Source: Blastocystis sp. Blastoise
Lineage: Eukaryota > Protista > Bigyra: Opalinata
Direction of reading: 5' to 3'
Assembly (NCBI GenBank): GCA_039096225.1
Contig: JBBPEB010000002.1
Location: 372,001-436,000 of the forward strand
DNA: 64,000 nucleotides
Positions 1 to 14,829 of this stretch are shown here, one piece after another; positions within the stretch are counted from its first letter, which is position 1; the number at the start of each line of letters is the position of its first letter. The position numbers were made by a program, and so were the translations under genes. The notes under the pieces are model-generated. The model was not told where the DNA came from, ran no database searches, and was given only the letters and a program-made list of their open reading frames with translations.

Positions 1-1451
1 TTATGCGTATACTGCATTACTCTTTGCCTCTTGTGGTGTGAACTCTCAAATAATATCTGTAAACCGTTTGATTCTTCTACATGGTCCTCCAGGAACAGGG
101 AAAACATCTCTTTGTCGATCGTTAGCTCAAAAGTTATCTATACGTTTATGTGATGTATATGATAATATTCAATTAATAGAAATTAATGCACATTCGTTAT
201 TCTCAAAATGGTTCAGTGAAAGTGGAAAATTAGTTATGAAGCTATTTGGATTTATACAAGAACTTTTAGAAGATAAACAATCACTGGTTATCGTTCTTAT
301 TGATGAAGTAGAATCTTTAAGTTCTTCCCGCCAAGTAAGTATGGCGGGAAGTGAACCGTCTGACGCAGTACGTGTTGTCAATGCGCTTCTTACACAAGTA
401 TATGCATATTTAATATTATATATATTATATTATATATACTATTATAAGTATATTTAAACTATAAAGTTAATAGTATTTATTTTAATTGAATAATTAAATA
501 TTTCTATACATATTTTTGTATTCATAAAGAAATTATTATTCATAAATTGTATTATAATTTTGTTTTCATTAACTAAATAAATTAAATATTATTATAAATG
601 AATAATATATATGATTCTTTCTAGATTGATAAGCTTCGTCGGTTTTCGAATATATTAATATTGACAACATCTAATATAACCTCAGCCATTGATAGTGCAT
701 TTCTAGATAGGGCTGATTTAAAGAGATATATAGGTCCACCTGGAGTAAGAGGACGATATGAAATATTTAGGGAATGCATACAGGTATAGTTCTTATAAAT
801 TGTAGTTATTATTTTTATTCAATGTTTTTGTTGTTGTTGAGAATATATAATATTTAATATATTTTTTATTATCTATCATTCTATATCTTCAATATAATAT
901 ATTTTATCATTCTATATCTTCAATATAATATATTTTATCATTCTATATCTTTTATATAATATATTTTATCATTCTATATCTTTTATATAATATATTTTAT
1001 CATTCTATATTTTTAATATAATCTATTATTTTATATCTTCAATATAATCTATATAATAATAATATATAATAATAGGAATTAATTCGTGCTTCTATAATAG
1101 TGACTCCAATTGATATGCCTCATTATTCACAAGAAATACATTATTCACAAGTAACTCCTCAGAAACAAGAAACTAATGAAGATGATATGATCCTAGCTAA
1201 TTATCATACACAACTTGTAGAAATTGCAGAGCTTGCCGATGGACTTAGTGGACGATCTTTGCGAAAAATACCATTTCAAGCACATGCATGCTATCTAGCT
1301 AGTTCACGGTCAATATCGCTTGATGACTTCCTTGTCGCTCTCAAAAAAACCATTGAAGTATTCTATTCTAATATTTTCATTAGTTTCATTACATAATTCT
1401 ATTTAATATCATATACAGGACGAGCTGAAGGATAGAAGCATGCTAAAATAA
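1..1451 (+). CDS. PCH2: Pachytene checkpoint 2 / TRIP13 AAA+ ATPase (5' end outside window); exons <1-397, 625-783, 1076-1357, 1419-1451
   Basis: Motifs [18 protein letters not shown] (Walker A), [27 protein letters not shown] (Walker B), [44 protein letters not shown] introns keep the frame to TAA at 1449-1451. Confidence 0.95.
875..1050. repeat. ~31-bp tandem minisatellite (ATATTTTATCATTCTATATCTTCAATATAAT-like, ~5 copies) inside PCH2 intron 2
   Basis: Directly visible periodic copies. Confidence 0.8.
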
Positions 1452-1766
1452 GAATAATGAACTCACATTTTGCTCATTATCTTCAAATTATAAAATTAAT
1501 TTTTCATTATATTGAAAGTGACATCTATACCGTATTCCACAAATTCCTATTTGTTTAGTTAAACTTAAAAAAAAGCCTTAATTTAAAATAAAACGAAAAG
1601 AAAAAAATATATAAACATTTTAGAAATATAAGCGATAAAGACTCTATCCCCGTGATTCTATTCTTTAATTCTTTTCTGCCTAGTTTTACGGTAATTACAA
1701 ACAAAGGATTTTTTTTTCTTATTTCATAATTATTATCTATATATTTGTAGTAAATTTGAGAAAGAG

Positions 1767-2189
1767 ATGTCTATTGTATATGTTTTTTATATGATAATAA
1801 TATACACTTATTATAGGCTCAAGATTTAGTGAATCCTAAGCCTTTTCTTCATTCTTTAATTGGCAAACCTGTTATTGTCAGACTGAAATGGAGAGCTGAA
1901 TATAAAGGCTACTTAGTGTCTGTAGATAATTATTTCAACATCCTTCTTGGAAATTGTGAAGAATACAGTGATGGTGCCTTCTCTTCTCGCTTAGGAGATG
2001 TTTTAATCAGGTATTTTTAAATTTTTTATTCTGTTTCTTTTCTTATCTACCTTATATATATATATATATATATCTTTTCATATTATTTATATATATCTTA
2101 GATGCAATAATGTTTTATATATTCGTGGCATTCCTGAAGAAGATGATGAACAACCTAAAGAAGAGAAAGAAACTGAAATGGCTGAATAA
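1767..2189 (+). CDS. SNRPF: Small nuclear ribonucleoprotein SmF; exons 1767-1775, 1817-2010, 2102-2189
   Basis: [49 protein letters not shown], typical SmF Sm1/Sm2 motifs. Confidence 0.93.
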
Positions 2190-2348
2190 TCCTATTATAT
2201 GTCGTAACTATTTGAAAGTATCCTTGTTGTCATTATGCTTATTTTTATATGTATTGAAATTTTTAAAAGTAATAAAAAAAGAATAGTTTTGGTTTCGTTC
2301 GTTCTTCATTTATATATCATAACAATACTCATTTTTTATTCAATTTAT

Positions 2349-2861
2349 TTATTTACTACAACGAAGAAACTCCTCAAATTGATTTAAATTGATTTGCTTA
2401 ATGAAGGCAATACATGGATACACTTTAGACCCCCATTTTGGATGAATAATTAGTTGACATCCTTGGCATGAAACACGTAAGGAATTGTCAACTACAGATA
2501 TAATATCTAGCATATTAATATGTGCTGAATTCTGATTAGAGAAAACTAGATCACCAGTAGCTGGATCAATAAGTTCACACCATGTATTATTAGAGTCACA
2601 GTAAGCTTTTAATTTATATCCCCAATTATAAAAGTTTTGTATTAATCGTTCTTTTTCATCATCAACATTTGATCCCATATTTGCTAAATCATATTTTGAC
2701 TTTATATATATAATAATAACATAACAATCAGCTAAATTGACTTCTTCAAAGAATGATTTTAGATCAAACTGAATTAAATATGGTATTTTGGATATAACAA
2801 TCTGAAAGGAGTCTGAAACATTAAATACTGAACCTAGCTGAAGAGAATCCAATGTGGACAT
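2349..2861 (-). CDS. MMADHC: Cobalamin trafficking protein CblD/MMADHC-like, C-terminal domain only
   Basis: KSKYDLANMGSNVDDEKERLIQNF..WCELIDPATG..GCQLIIHPKWGSKVYP resembles the MMADHC core (EREVLLEKF..WADFIDPSSG..GCCKVIRHxxWG). ATG at 2861. Confidence 0.75.
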   Translation of the reverse strand: MSTLDSLQLGSVFNVSDSFQIVISKIPYLIQFDLKSFFEEVNLADCYVIIIYIKSKYDLANMGSNVDDEKERLIQNFYNWGYKLKAYCDSNNTWCELIDPATGDLVFSNQNSAHINMLDIISVVDNSLRVSCQGCQLIIHPKWGSKVYPCIAFIKQINLNQFEEFLRCSK

Positions 2862-3125
2862 TGAAAATGGTTTTATAATAAGTATGATATATTTCACAGA
2901 TATACTCTAGAAATCTATTCAAATTAATTTCAATAATAAAATATCAAAATTAATGATAAATTAAGAGTATATTGATAAGTTTGTTTTTGTCTTCAAATTC
3001 TTCTAAATAAAAAGTCATAGTTTAAATTCTTTTGTTGATTGAAAGTCAATTTTATTATAGTTAAATAAATCAAATAAAATCTTGAAGCATAAATAAACAA
3101 AAATTGTTATGATATTCATATATTT

Positions 3126-3867
3126 TTATTTTTTATTTTGATATACATTGGATTGTAGAGGTGGTATCCCATAAAATACTATATATATAATAATAATATA
3201 TATATATGTTTATAATAATAAATAGAGTTATAATAATATATATAGTTATAATAATAAATTTATATATACACTTTGTATAGGAGTAAACACAATAATATAT
3301 ATATATATATATATATACCAACTGAAGTTCCAGTAAGAAAGTTGAGAATACATGATGATTGAGATGTATATATACACGTAGAGAGAGAAAGATTATCATT
3401 ATAGAATGATTTTAAAAATGTTTTTGTATATCGATCTATATCTCCATCTGTAACGTCATATAACGTACATATCTATTAATATATATATATATATATATAT
3501 AAAGAGAGAAATCATGGAATAATAGAGAAATATATGATAAATATAAAAATATATTATTATTCTATATACTGTAACAGGTGAATGAGTACTTAAGAAATAG
3601 TATATATTCCCGTGGGGATGAAACATATTTCGATGACGCACACTTCCTGAAGAACAACCAAATAATAAATATATACATGATTTCTATGTATATATGAAAT
3701 TATATAGTTATATATATAGATATATATAACTATATATATATGAAATTATATAGTTATATATATAGATATATATATATACTAAAGTTGCGCCTAATGTCTC
3801 TATATTAATATATTTATCACCATTTCCATGACCGATATATACATATATTCCTTCATCTTGCATATAC

Positions 3868-3937
<70 letters not shown>

Positions 3938-4053
3938 AGGCTTGTTCTTGTGTTGGAATAGTGTTTCTCATGCCTATCCAATTATATTGGTCGGTATATT
4001 CCTGAATTAACGGCATTAAACGACTCACTGTTTTAGTTAAATCTCCTCCTGGC

Positions 4054-4084
<31 letters not shown>

Positions 4085-4231
4085 ATTATTATTATTATTA
4101 TTATAAAAATAATGATGTATATAAACGTATAAAGTATATATATATACATTAATAATATAATTTGTTTTAGTGAAATCAACATGGTAACTGTTATTATTCT
4201 ATATATATATAGAATAATATCTCACTGTCTG

Positions 4232-4270
<39 letters not shown>

Positions 4271-4820
4271 TGTTGTAGGAGTTGAAATGTATGAATTACA
4301 TCTATATATCTACTTATAGATACTTTATTTTTTCTATATATAGGAATATATTCGAGAGGAAACATTTGAAGATAATCACTTAAAACCAGGATTATATGAC
4401 TTTTTTCAGGGGAAACTGAAGAATTCTCACGGTATTCTTTAGAATCAGACGAAGATAATTGGTCTGAGAGTTTATTAATTACCGCGGTTATTTCATTCAA
4501 TAATAGATTTTCATGATCTTCCTAAATTTAGTTATATATAGTTATATATAATTATATATACAGATATATAGAGATGTTCACAGTTTTTAATTGTGTTCAG
4601 AATAGTATTCCCAGAGTTGGGGGATAATAACAGTATATAAATAAGTGATTCAGGAACAATATATCCATAGGATTTAAAAATAGAATGAAGATAAGAGGAT
4701 TGAATTTGTACAGCTGTACGATATATAGAATTCGAATAGAATGGAGACATTAATGGAAGATATTCATTAAAGATTTGTGTTTCCATATTATCCAATAATC
4801 TCTCCAGAGCCTTATCATGG

Positions 4821-4857
<37 letters not shown>

Positions 4858-5160
4858 AATCTATTTATATACTTCTTTGTGACCACCATTGAATGTTCTT
4901 TTCACGAATTTGTTCTGAATTCCCGTGATTATTTTGATCATTTGATGAATTTATAAGTGGAGACAATGTTACTATATACATATATACTTATATATACTTA
5001 TATATATACGATTGTCATATTTCTGAGTGGATTCCTCAGTATTATTCTTCGTATTCCCGTGGTTATTTTCATTTGAATTGATAATCAAATCATTTTGCTC
5101 TAATATATAATTAAATTGAAAGAGAAATTTATTCATTATTCCTGGCTTTAGATATATATA

Positions 5161-5218
<58 letters not shown>

Positions 5219-6210
5219 TATATATATATATATACTCCTTTTACTCTGTATAGAATGACGTGATGTGTAACAAGTGTATATATATATATATAGGGATATA
5301 AAGAGGAATAGAAGACACCCACAATAGAGTAAGAACAAGGAAAGCAAGAGATCTATATATATATATATTATATATATATATGTTTATACAGATAATAATA
5401 ATACCATATTTAATATATATATATATATATATACTTGTGAGTGAATATATTTGGAGGCTTGTTCCCGCGTATATATATGGAGGGAGTTATATATAGTGCC
5501 TTCATTATTATGAAGAGTCTTTTCCTTTTTATCTTTCGATAAAATGAAGAGATTCCCGCGGTTATAAGGATATAACTATATATATATACAAAAATCTATA
5601 TCTGTCTCTTTATTTATATATATAAAGTATATATGTCAAGAATATATATAGATTAAGTATATATATATATACTTTATATAGATGTTCATAAAGATCAATT
5701 GATGAATATATCGGAGACGACGCGATAGAAATCATATATATATCAAAATACCTATATATATACATATATATATATTCATTATTGCAATTAGTATGTATAT
5801 ATACTTTTGTTCATCAGGAATATTCGCGGTTATTCCGACATTTCGAAGATAGAAGGATAAGGAGACAACATCTTGAAGTATCGACGGATCGTGGGAATAT
5901 ATTAAAAATGACTCACATCGAACTTGATAATCGTGAATATATCTATATGAGAAATAATAGTTAGAGAATATTATTAATCATATATATATATATATTTACT
6001 GTTTTTCATCATCTGTAAATAGAGATATATCATTATTATGAAGCTATATTCATATATATAATACATATTAATTAATGTTTATATATATACCCTTAATTGT
6101 GCTTGTATATATAATGGATAAATATGTATATATATATGTTTATATAAGTATATATGCTGATTATTCATGAAACAACACGTTTTACTACTATCTAATAATC
6201 TCTCATATTG

Positions 6211-6290
<80 letters not shown>

Positions 6291-6680
6291 TTGTATAGAG
6301 TAGTGCCTGTAGATAGAGAAGATGAAGATGAAGAATATATATACATATATAAACAGAAGAAGAAGAAGAAGAAGAAGAAGAAGAAGAAACAAGTATATTA
6401 GTATAATTTTGATATATATTATTCTTCCGATAGAACGAATTCGAAAGACTGTCATAGAGTGACGCGTAGAGGGATATAATAGCGTCATATTCTTTTTGAT
6501 AGACTATATATATTTGTAAATATAAATAGTTATGCAAATATATATCACATATAATAATAATATATATATATATACATAATATAGAGAGTATTTCTACATA
6601 TATAGAATATTTAAGGATAGGATTGAAGGGGTACAATTTAAGTAAAACATCTTTTAAAGTAGATATATACTCATTATTAA

Positions 6681-6748
<68 letters not shown>

Positions 6749-8268
6749 GTATATAGAGAATAGAACAACGGAGAATGAGGGATAATAGATGTCGCTTTCT
6801 TTGTTGGAATAGTATTCTTTGGAGAAACCTGCTTGTTTCTCTCTGGAGGTGCCATTAGTGTTACTGTAGTAGAAGAGAGAGAAAGAAGGGAAGAGATAGA
6901 AGAATAAGGAAGAGATATACTTAATGAATAACTCTAGAAGAAGAATATAATATATAATAATATATAGTGAACAACCTAATCATTAATAGATTCAAATAAA
7001 TATATAATAGTAAAATGACAATAATATTTAGTATAAATAATAACTTCATTAAAAGAATAATTCAGAATCACATATATAATAATAATATTCATATTTATAT
7101 ACCTTATTATAATAATAAATAGTTTGTTTATATAAATGTTGATATCGATAGAGATCTCCAATTGATTTGAGTTGTTTGGCGGCTTTTCTTTGGAGGGAAA
7201 TAATAATAGGTGATGAAGAAGGCAGAAGAGTAAGAATTGTTGATATATATGTATATAGAGAATGAGAGAGAGAAAGTATATAGTGAAATGAAGAAGAAGA
7301 AAAAGAGAAGAATGTAATAGAGAGCTCTATGACAACTATATATGTATATATACTTAGTAATATATACATTATTTATTAGAATAGATAGAAGAAAGAACAA
7401 TGATTCTAGTAATGATAAATATTATTATATTTATAAAAACAACAAACACTAAAACTAATAATATACATACATAAAATAGGGTAATAATACATCATAATAT
7501 CTTCTTGATAGTCGTGGGAATATACAGATTTTGACTTCAGATAGTCACTATTTTCATAATTATTTAGTATATATGAATAATCTTTTTCATATTGTTCAAT
7601 TGATTTACAGATATACATATATATATCTTCTTCTATTCTCTGTAGGTTATGAAGAATAGAATCATAATTATCTTTATAAGTAGAAAATAAAGATGGCTGA
7701 ATAACCGTGATTATAGGTAAAAGAGAATGAAGAATAGTAGAAGGAAGTTGTAACGAAGAAGAAGAAGCGTAAAGAAGAGAAAGTAAAAGATATATGAGAG
7801 AAGAGAGAGAAGAATGAATAGTAGTAGAAGAAGAAGGATAAATAAAATAATTCTATATATATATAATTATACATAATAATGTATATGAAAATACTTTTTG
7901 AAAGAATTCTGTTACTTTATCAGTATATCCATAATATAATAGCCAATAAATATATCTATAAAATACTATATCTGAATGCTTTGATACATTATCTAAATAA
8001 TGATTATATATATCCTGACATCTCTCTATATATCCATTTTCACATTCTATATCGAACAGATGACACGTGCGCAAGGAACACAAATCCATAAGAGGAAGAA
8101 TAGTGTCCTTTTTATACTCTAATTGTGTTTCATCTATATGTAAATTTAGCCAATCAAATGTGTAGAAATGATTCAGTAAATCACCTCGTTCCTGATTTAA
8201 TATGGACATATATATATATGTATATATAGAATAATGACAGCCAATAGTCTTATTTAACATATTAAATA

Positions 8269-8303
<35 letters not shown>

Positions 8304-8776
8304 TATATATAGAATGAATTGAGGAATAATTAACAATATAAACAATATATATACAGTTCACTTATTTGAGGACATGTGACAAAAAGACAGTTTGTGAATA
8401 TGCAATAGAAATCATGTATATATAAAACTTCTTCAGGCTCGTACAATTGAGACAAATCATTTGCTGACAAATAAATACTATTTAATAATGTTTCATTAGT
8501 TAAAATAGAGAAATCAATATCCATAATTAATGGAGAAACCATTTGTGATCCACTTTCGAGATCTGCGTCATTTGTGTTTTTCTGTTCCACTTCTCCTTTT
8601 CTTTTATCATCTCCTTCTGTTTCTCTATTTATATCTTTATCTATGTCTATATCTATGTCTATATAGGGATTTTTCATTTGTTGCTGAATAGCCTCATGAT
8701 ATAACCGCGGGAATTCACAATCAGGAATGATTATAGTTATTAAATATATATATATACTACACTCATACTATTTAGA

Positions 8777-8818
<42 letters not shown>

Positions 8819-9227
8819 TATATATATATATATATATATACATTAGAGTCTTTAAAGATTATTTTTAATTGTTTCGCTAGATATACAGTCAGAGAGAGAT
8901 AAATAGCGCGGGAAATGACGCGGTCTTGAAGGATTTCTTGGAGAGAACAGAGAAAGGATGATATGAACGTAGAGATCTATATATATATAGTAAATGAAAT
9001 AATTCATGGATAACATAAGTATATATATAAGTATATATATATATAAGTATATATATATATATATATACATCTAATGATTGGTCATATATATATATTTTTA
9101 TGATATGAATGAATTGATTGATTTCAGTATAAGGAATAAGAAATGGAAGAGATGGATACCTATATATTTATATAGATATATATATATATAATGAGAGAGA
9201 AGAAAGGTTATATATAAAGAGAAAGAG

Positions 9228-9313
<86 letters not shown>

Positions 9314-9843
9314 GATTCATATATACCAAATAATAGCACGAGAGAGAGACTCAATTTGTTCTTCACGTTGATTCCCGCGGTTATATAGCGAACTCAAATA
9401 AATATATCTATAATACACATAAATAATAAGTATATCTTAAATATATATAATATATATATATACTTTTGATATAAATGAATTGATTCAATTTGTTGTTCAT
9501 ATTCATCTGATGAGAGTTTTACGTCCGTACCCATTTTCCCGTGGGAATCTGAGTATTTTAAAATATATAAATATCGTTCAAATAGAGCTGTTGCATTTGC
9601 CGTTAACTGTTGAGCAAGTGTCAATGAGGGATCGTGAGGGTCTTTATTAACGTCATATATAACGGATAATTTTAAAGATGTATTATAAAATAAAACAGCA
9701 ATTTGATAGATCTATACATAGAGTAATATATATATATATATATATTATGTATATTATATATATACATCTTTGGTAATGATAGTATTAAGAAATGATGGCA
9801 TTAGTGTGTCCAGAAGGGAAGAATAGAGAGAAAACATAGTTGA

Positions 9844-9899
<56 letters not shown>

Positions 9900-9944
9900 A
9901 ATAATACTTCAGTTATATAGGAATCAATTTGATCTGAAGATGAT

Positions 9945-9982
<38 letters not shown>

Positions 9983-10063
9983 TTCTGATATAAGTGTACA
10001 TATATCCTTGAAATAAAGTAGAAAAAGAGAAACAAATAGTGTTACAGAGGACTCATGCAGAGT

Positions 10064-10100
<37 letters not shown>

Positions 10101-11665
10101 AAGAATGTCTATATTCATAAAAAGGGATATCATAAAATTGATGAGAGATGAATATAATGATAATGAATAAGAAGAAGATGATAATGCATTCTATATATAA
10201 ATACAGTAAATAATAGATTTATAAATATCAAATAAGATATTTATAACTAATTAACATATAAAACGAAAATGAATAATATATATATATACAAATTGATCTC
10301 TTTGTTGTTTAAGAAATGGATATATATAAAGAAAACAATTCTTTTCTATATCCTTATACATATCTGTACTGAAATTGACTGAATTTGGTGAAAGAGACGA
10401 GGTTGAAGAAGAATATTTTTGACAAATATACTATATAGAAATAAAACATAAATAAATATACTACTATATATAAACATAGACAATATATATAAATAGATAT
10501 ACATCTAAATTTGAAGAGTATATATAAATATTTAATTGACATAATATCTTTGAATCGTCTATAAACATATATATATATATATTTCATGTGAAACAATACT
10601 ATTTTGATTTTGAATATATGCTGTATATTGACTGAGAATAGTATTCCAATAGGGAAACTCGTTCTTTAAATCACTGTTTGAACACAAATAATAATGGCAT
10701 ATATACACAAGACACGAAAGATAGGAAGAAGAAAAAAGAGTCTATATATTATGATTTATAATGAAAATAATAATCAATATAATAATAATATGTATAATAA
10801 TAAATTCTTATTAACTGAATTAAACATATATATATAACAAGAGAAATATACTATATCCGATTTTATTAGTTTTTTGAAGGATGTTATTAAAGTGTCTATA
10901 TATATATTTATATCATTATAATTACTTATATATATATACGAATAAATAACGGAGATTGATTGAAGTATCGTCTTAATAATGCTGACATATGCTGAAATAG
11001 AAACTCACTATTCTTTGTATATATATAAGTATATGCAGAAATAGAAAAACATATTGAAAAATAATTTGGGTATATTGACTATATATTAAATAAAAATTAG
11101 TTTTTAAAATATATTTCATAATATTTATAATTAATTATATTATATATATACTTCATGATTAATATCTTTTAAGCCAAGTGTCCAATATAAACTAGACAAA
11201 TTCTGAAAATAGCTTGAATTACTTACATTACTGAACGAATGAAGATGTTTTAACCAATACATTAGCTGTATTAATATATATTATAATGTTGGTAATAGTA
11301 TTATAATAGTAAATAATCATACAGTCGATGAATATGTTTCTAGAAGAATCACAATAGTCTGATTGCCCTGATTTTGATACAGATAATATAGATAGGAGGT
11401 TCTATATATATCAAATGCATAAAATCCAAAATAATATACATTAATTTTATAATTTTGATAGATATGTCCTCTTTGCATTCTTTTGAAGGTAAATAAGAGA
11501 GCCATGAAATGTTCAAAGATGTTTTGTATTCTTTATAAACAATTGCATCACAACTTTTGAACAATGACAACAACTTTTGGGAGCAATCGTTCAGTAACTT
11601 ATTCTTTGATTGTTCCTAAAATAAGTATATTCAAAAAATCAATATGTATATATACCATCTTTCAT
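3126..11665 (-). CDS. ESP1: Separase (peptidase C50), many exons; the N-terminal extent to 11665 is inferred from an unbroken run of minus-strand exons
   Basis: C-terminal catalytic motifs YVYIGHGNG (His), LFGCSSG (Cys), [19 protein letters not shown], and terminal FYGIP. Upstream exons are poorly conserved and could be a separate gene. Confidence 0.8.
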
Positions 11666-12329
11666 ATCCTCCTTGAAACGAAACGTTTTGTATTTCTTTT
11701 TCAGATTATTTAAGACTATAGAATACCATTTTTAAATCATAATTTTTGTCGGGTAACACGAGAATACGATATTTTAAGACAATTTTTTGTTTTTTGCTTA
11801 TATTATTTATTCTATTTTAAATTATATTTTTAATGATCTTCTACATATAATTTCATGCATAGAAGATATTTAGAGTCAATAAATTTATAGTTGAGCTGTA
11901 CTATGTGAGTGATTATTGTATTATCTGCATAAATGACTAGCACAATATGTGTATGTATTTAGAGTATGCAAATACAGAAAATAAACAGAGCAATATTCAC
12001 ATGATGAATGTACTTTTATTTTTATTTTTGTCTATTTTATTATAGTTATTATTAATGATGAAAGAAAATGAATCAAATAGCCACAACTAGTTCATCTGAG
12101 CAGTCTTATCTCAATGAAATACGTGAATATGATCCAAATCATCATTTTCTAAAATTTTATTTGATATAATTATATATGGTTCTGATATTACTAACACATA
12201 ACTTCAAAATAAGATTTTTAGAAAATTTAAAATGAAAACAAAAAAAATAATGACACAAAGAGAAGACATTTACAATATATGCAATAATAAGCATTATGAA
12301 ATAAAAATAGGAATCAAAAGTGTTTTTAT

Positions 12330-12645
12330 TTATCCTAAGAGTAAATCTATCACAATAAAAATGGTATTAACGATAACAAGAGGTACTATATACGAAAATG
12401 ATTTTTACAGATTCATAAAATAGACATATAAAGAATATGGATGGATGCTAGATATAATAATAAATACATCTTAACCATCGTACAGCTTGTAAAAGACCAA
12501 TGACTTGATTTTTGATTGGATTAGCACCATACATATTACTGGCTGCATCCCAACCATGAGGTTTCAAGAATCGTTTCTCATTAACGATAGCTAATCCATT
12601 AACAATGAGTAGAATAGCTTTAAGTAAATTCCAGAGAGTAAACAT
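12330..12645 (-). CDS. YOS1: Yos1/IER3IP1 ER-Golgi transport membrane protein; exons 12645-12468, 12385-12330
   Basis: MFTLWNLLKAILLIVNGLAIVNEKRFL..IKNQVIGLLQAVRWLR / LPLVIVNTIFIVIDLLLG*. Confidence 0.9.
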
Positions 12646-13136
12646 TTTATATTAAACGATTGTTTAAATATGAATTTAAGTGGAAATTGATATTTTAAAA
12701 ATGAAAACAGAAGAATTGTCGGCTTCCTCGAATTCCAGCAGAAAAAATACTAAAAAGTGATTCTGCCTTGCTAACAGCGTCAAATTCCACTCTTGTCAAT
12801 CATTCTTTTTCTTCTCTACAACGTTTATTAATGATGTGTTTGGGAGGCATTTTAACTGAGGATATAGGGATTAAATAAAACTTTTTAAAGTGGTCCTATT
12901 TTGTGTTCTAGTGAATATAGATGAATTCTATGATATTTAATTTGTTAAATATTATAATAAGAAAAGGAATCCTAATTAACTAAAAGAAAAAAAAACGCAT
13001 TTGATTTTGTTTTAAAATAGAGCTATTATTACGAGAATATATATATATAATTCAATTTAAAAAGAAGAAATAAATAATTAATAAAAATGATGAATCAATT
13101 AATAAATTAAAAAAAAATCTATAAAGAATAAAATAA

Positions 13137-14034
13137 TTATAGGAATGTTTTCAATTCTTCGTTTCCATTGAAATCCACTTTTGGAAATAAAACGATTTTA
13201 GTATTTTGAATGTTATTGTAAGCAATATCATTTTTCATAGAATAAACAGAGTCTAATTGCATATATTGAGCATCTATACCTAGTTGTTTTAACACTAATT
13301 CTGAGGCTATAGAAAAGAAGTTTTAGTAATTTATATTTATTTATTATTTAACATTTATTTATTATTTATGTTTTATTTATTATGTTTTATTATTTATTAA
13401 GTTTTATTATTAATATTAATATTATTATTATATTAATATTATCATATATAATATACTTTGAGGAATAATTGGAGATAAAAGAATTGAGGACACTCTTAAA
13501 CCTTCATATACTTCATATCTATATATATATATATACATAGATATATTCATTATATAAAAAGTTTATGATTATATATATATACAATAATGTATTTAATTTG
13601 TCAAGAATATCTGGATTCTATATATATAATAATACATATATATATATTCTATTATATATATACATTATTAATTTGTTTAACAAGTTTCCAGGGTTCATTT
13701 TCATGGAATATTTTATTTAAATATTTAAGATGTTGATTAATCAAATCAATTCCACTATGAAAGCAACAGTCATCAAAACATTCAGTTACATTTTTTGCCA
13801 TTTGTACAATTCTTTCTCTGTTTTCATTGGGCATTGCATGAGGGATTGATGAGATAGAACTAGTTGATTGGATATATTTTGTTATCTTATTATTTGTACA
13901 ACGGAGAAGAAGATTCCCATAATTATCTGCTAATTGTCCGTTAATAACTGAAGATAACCGCGATAATTGAATATCTGCATCCTTATCAATACAATTCTCA
14001 GTCATAAAATAATAACGAAACATCTCTGGAGTAA

Positions 14035-14091
<57 letters not shown>

Positions 14092-14797
14092 GGTTATATA
14101 TATACATATTTGTTAAGAACATCCAATGGAATATAATTCTTTCGACTTTTCGATATTTTTGAATTATTGACAGTCCAGTGAGAATGACAAATTTGGCGGG
14201 AAGGGAAAGGGAGGGCTGTTTATATATATATATATAAAGAATAATAAATAGGATACATTAATAAAAGTATTTATAACTATAGATATAAACAAATAATAAA
14301 AAAATATTATAGTATATAGACTATAAACAATAAGATTCTATATATATATAGAATATATACAGAGAGACGAGAGAAATGCAAGCCAATATATAGAGTGAAA
14401 CTTTAATATATCTTTACCAAAAATTTGTATCGATGCAGGCCATAATTTGAAATCAGGTACAATTTCATTATTATTATTAGTATTAGTATTAGTATTATTA
14501 TTTTTATTATTAGTATTAATATTTGTAGTAGATGTAGTTAAATAGTTACAAAGAGCGTCAATCCATACATACATAGTCTGACTGGAATCACCTTTATATA
14601 TATATAATAATAATAATAATAATATATATATATATAATTAAATAAAATTAAATAAGAAAATTTCAACTTTAAATAAATATATACCGGGAACAGAGATCCC
14701 CCACGGGACACGTGCCGCAGGACGTGATACAGAAAGGTCAGGAAGAGGAGACTGTAACATTTCTACAACTTCATTATAACGGCTTTTAGGAGTAATC

Positions 14798-14829
<32 letters not shown>

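Noticed and set aside
2700-2720. 21-nt intron in the MMADHC-like gene
   Set aside because: The unspliced VIIIYIK aligns with the family's beta-strand before the K..D motif, so no intron is needed.
12055-12185. Box C/D snoRNA (ATGATGA...CTGA...CTGA) in the separase-Yos1 intergenic region
   Set aside because: Such boxes arise easily by chance in AT-rich DNA. Only ~7 nt (GCCACAA) resembles an LSU rRNA complement and there is no terminal stem. It would need snoscan or small-RNA data.
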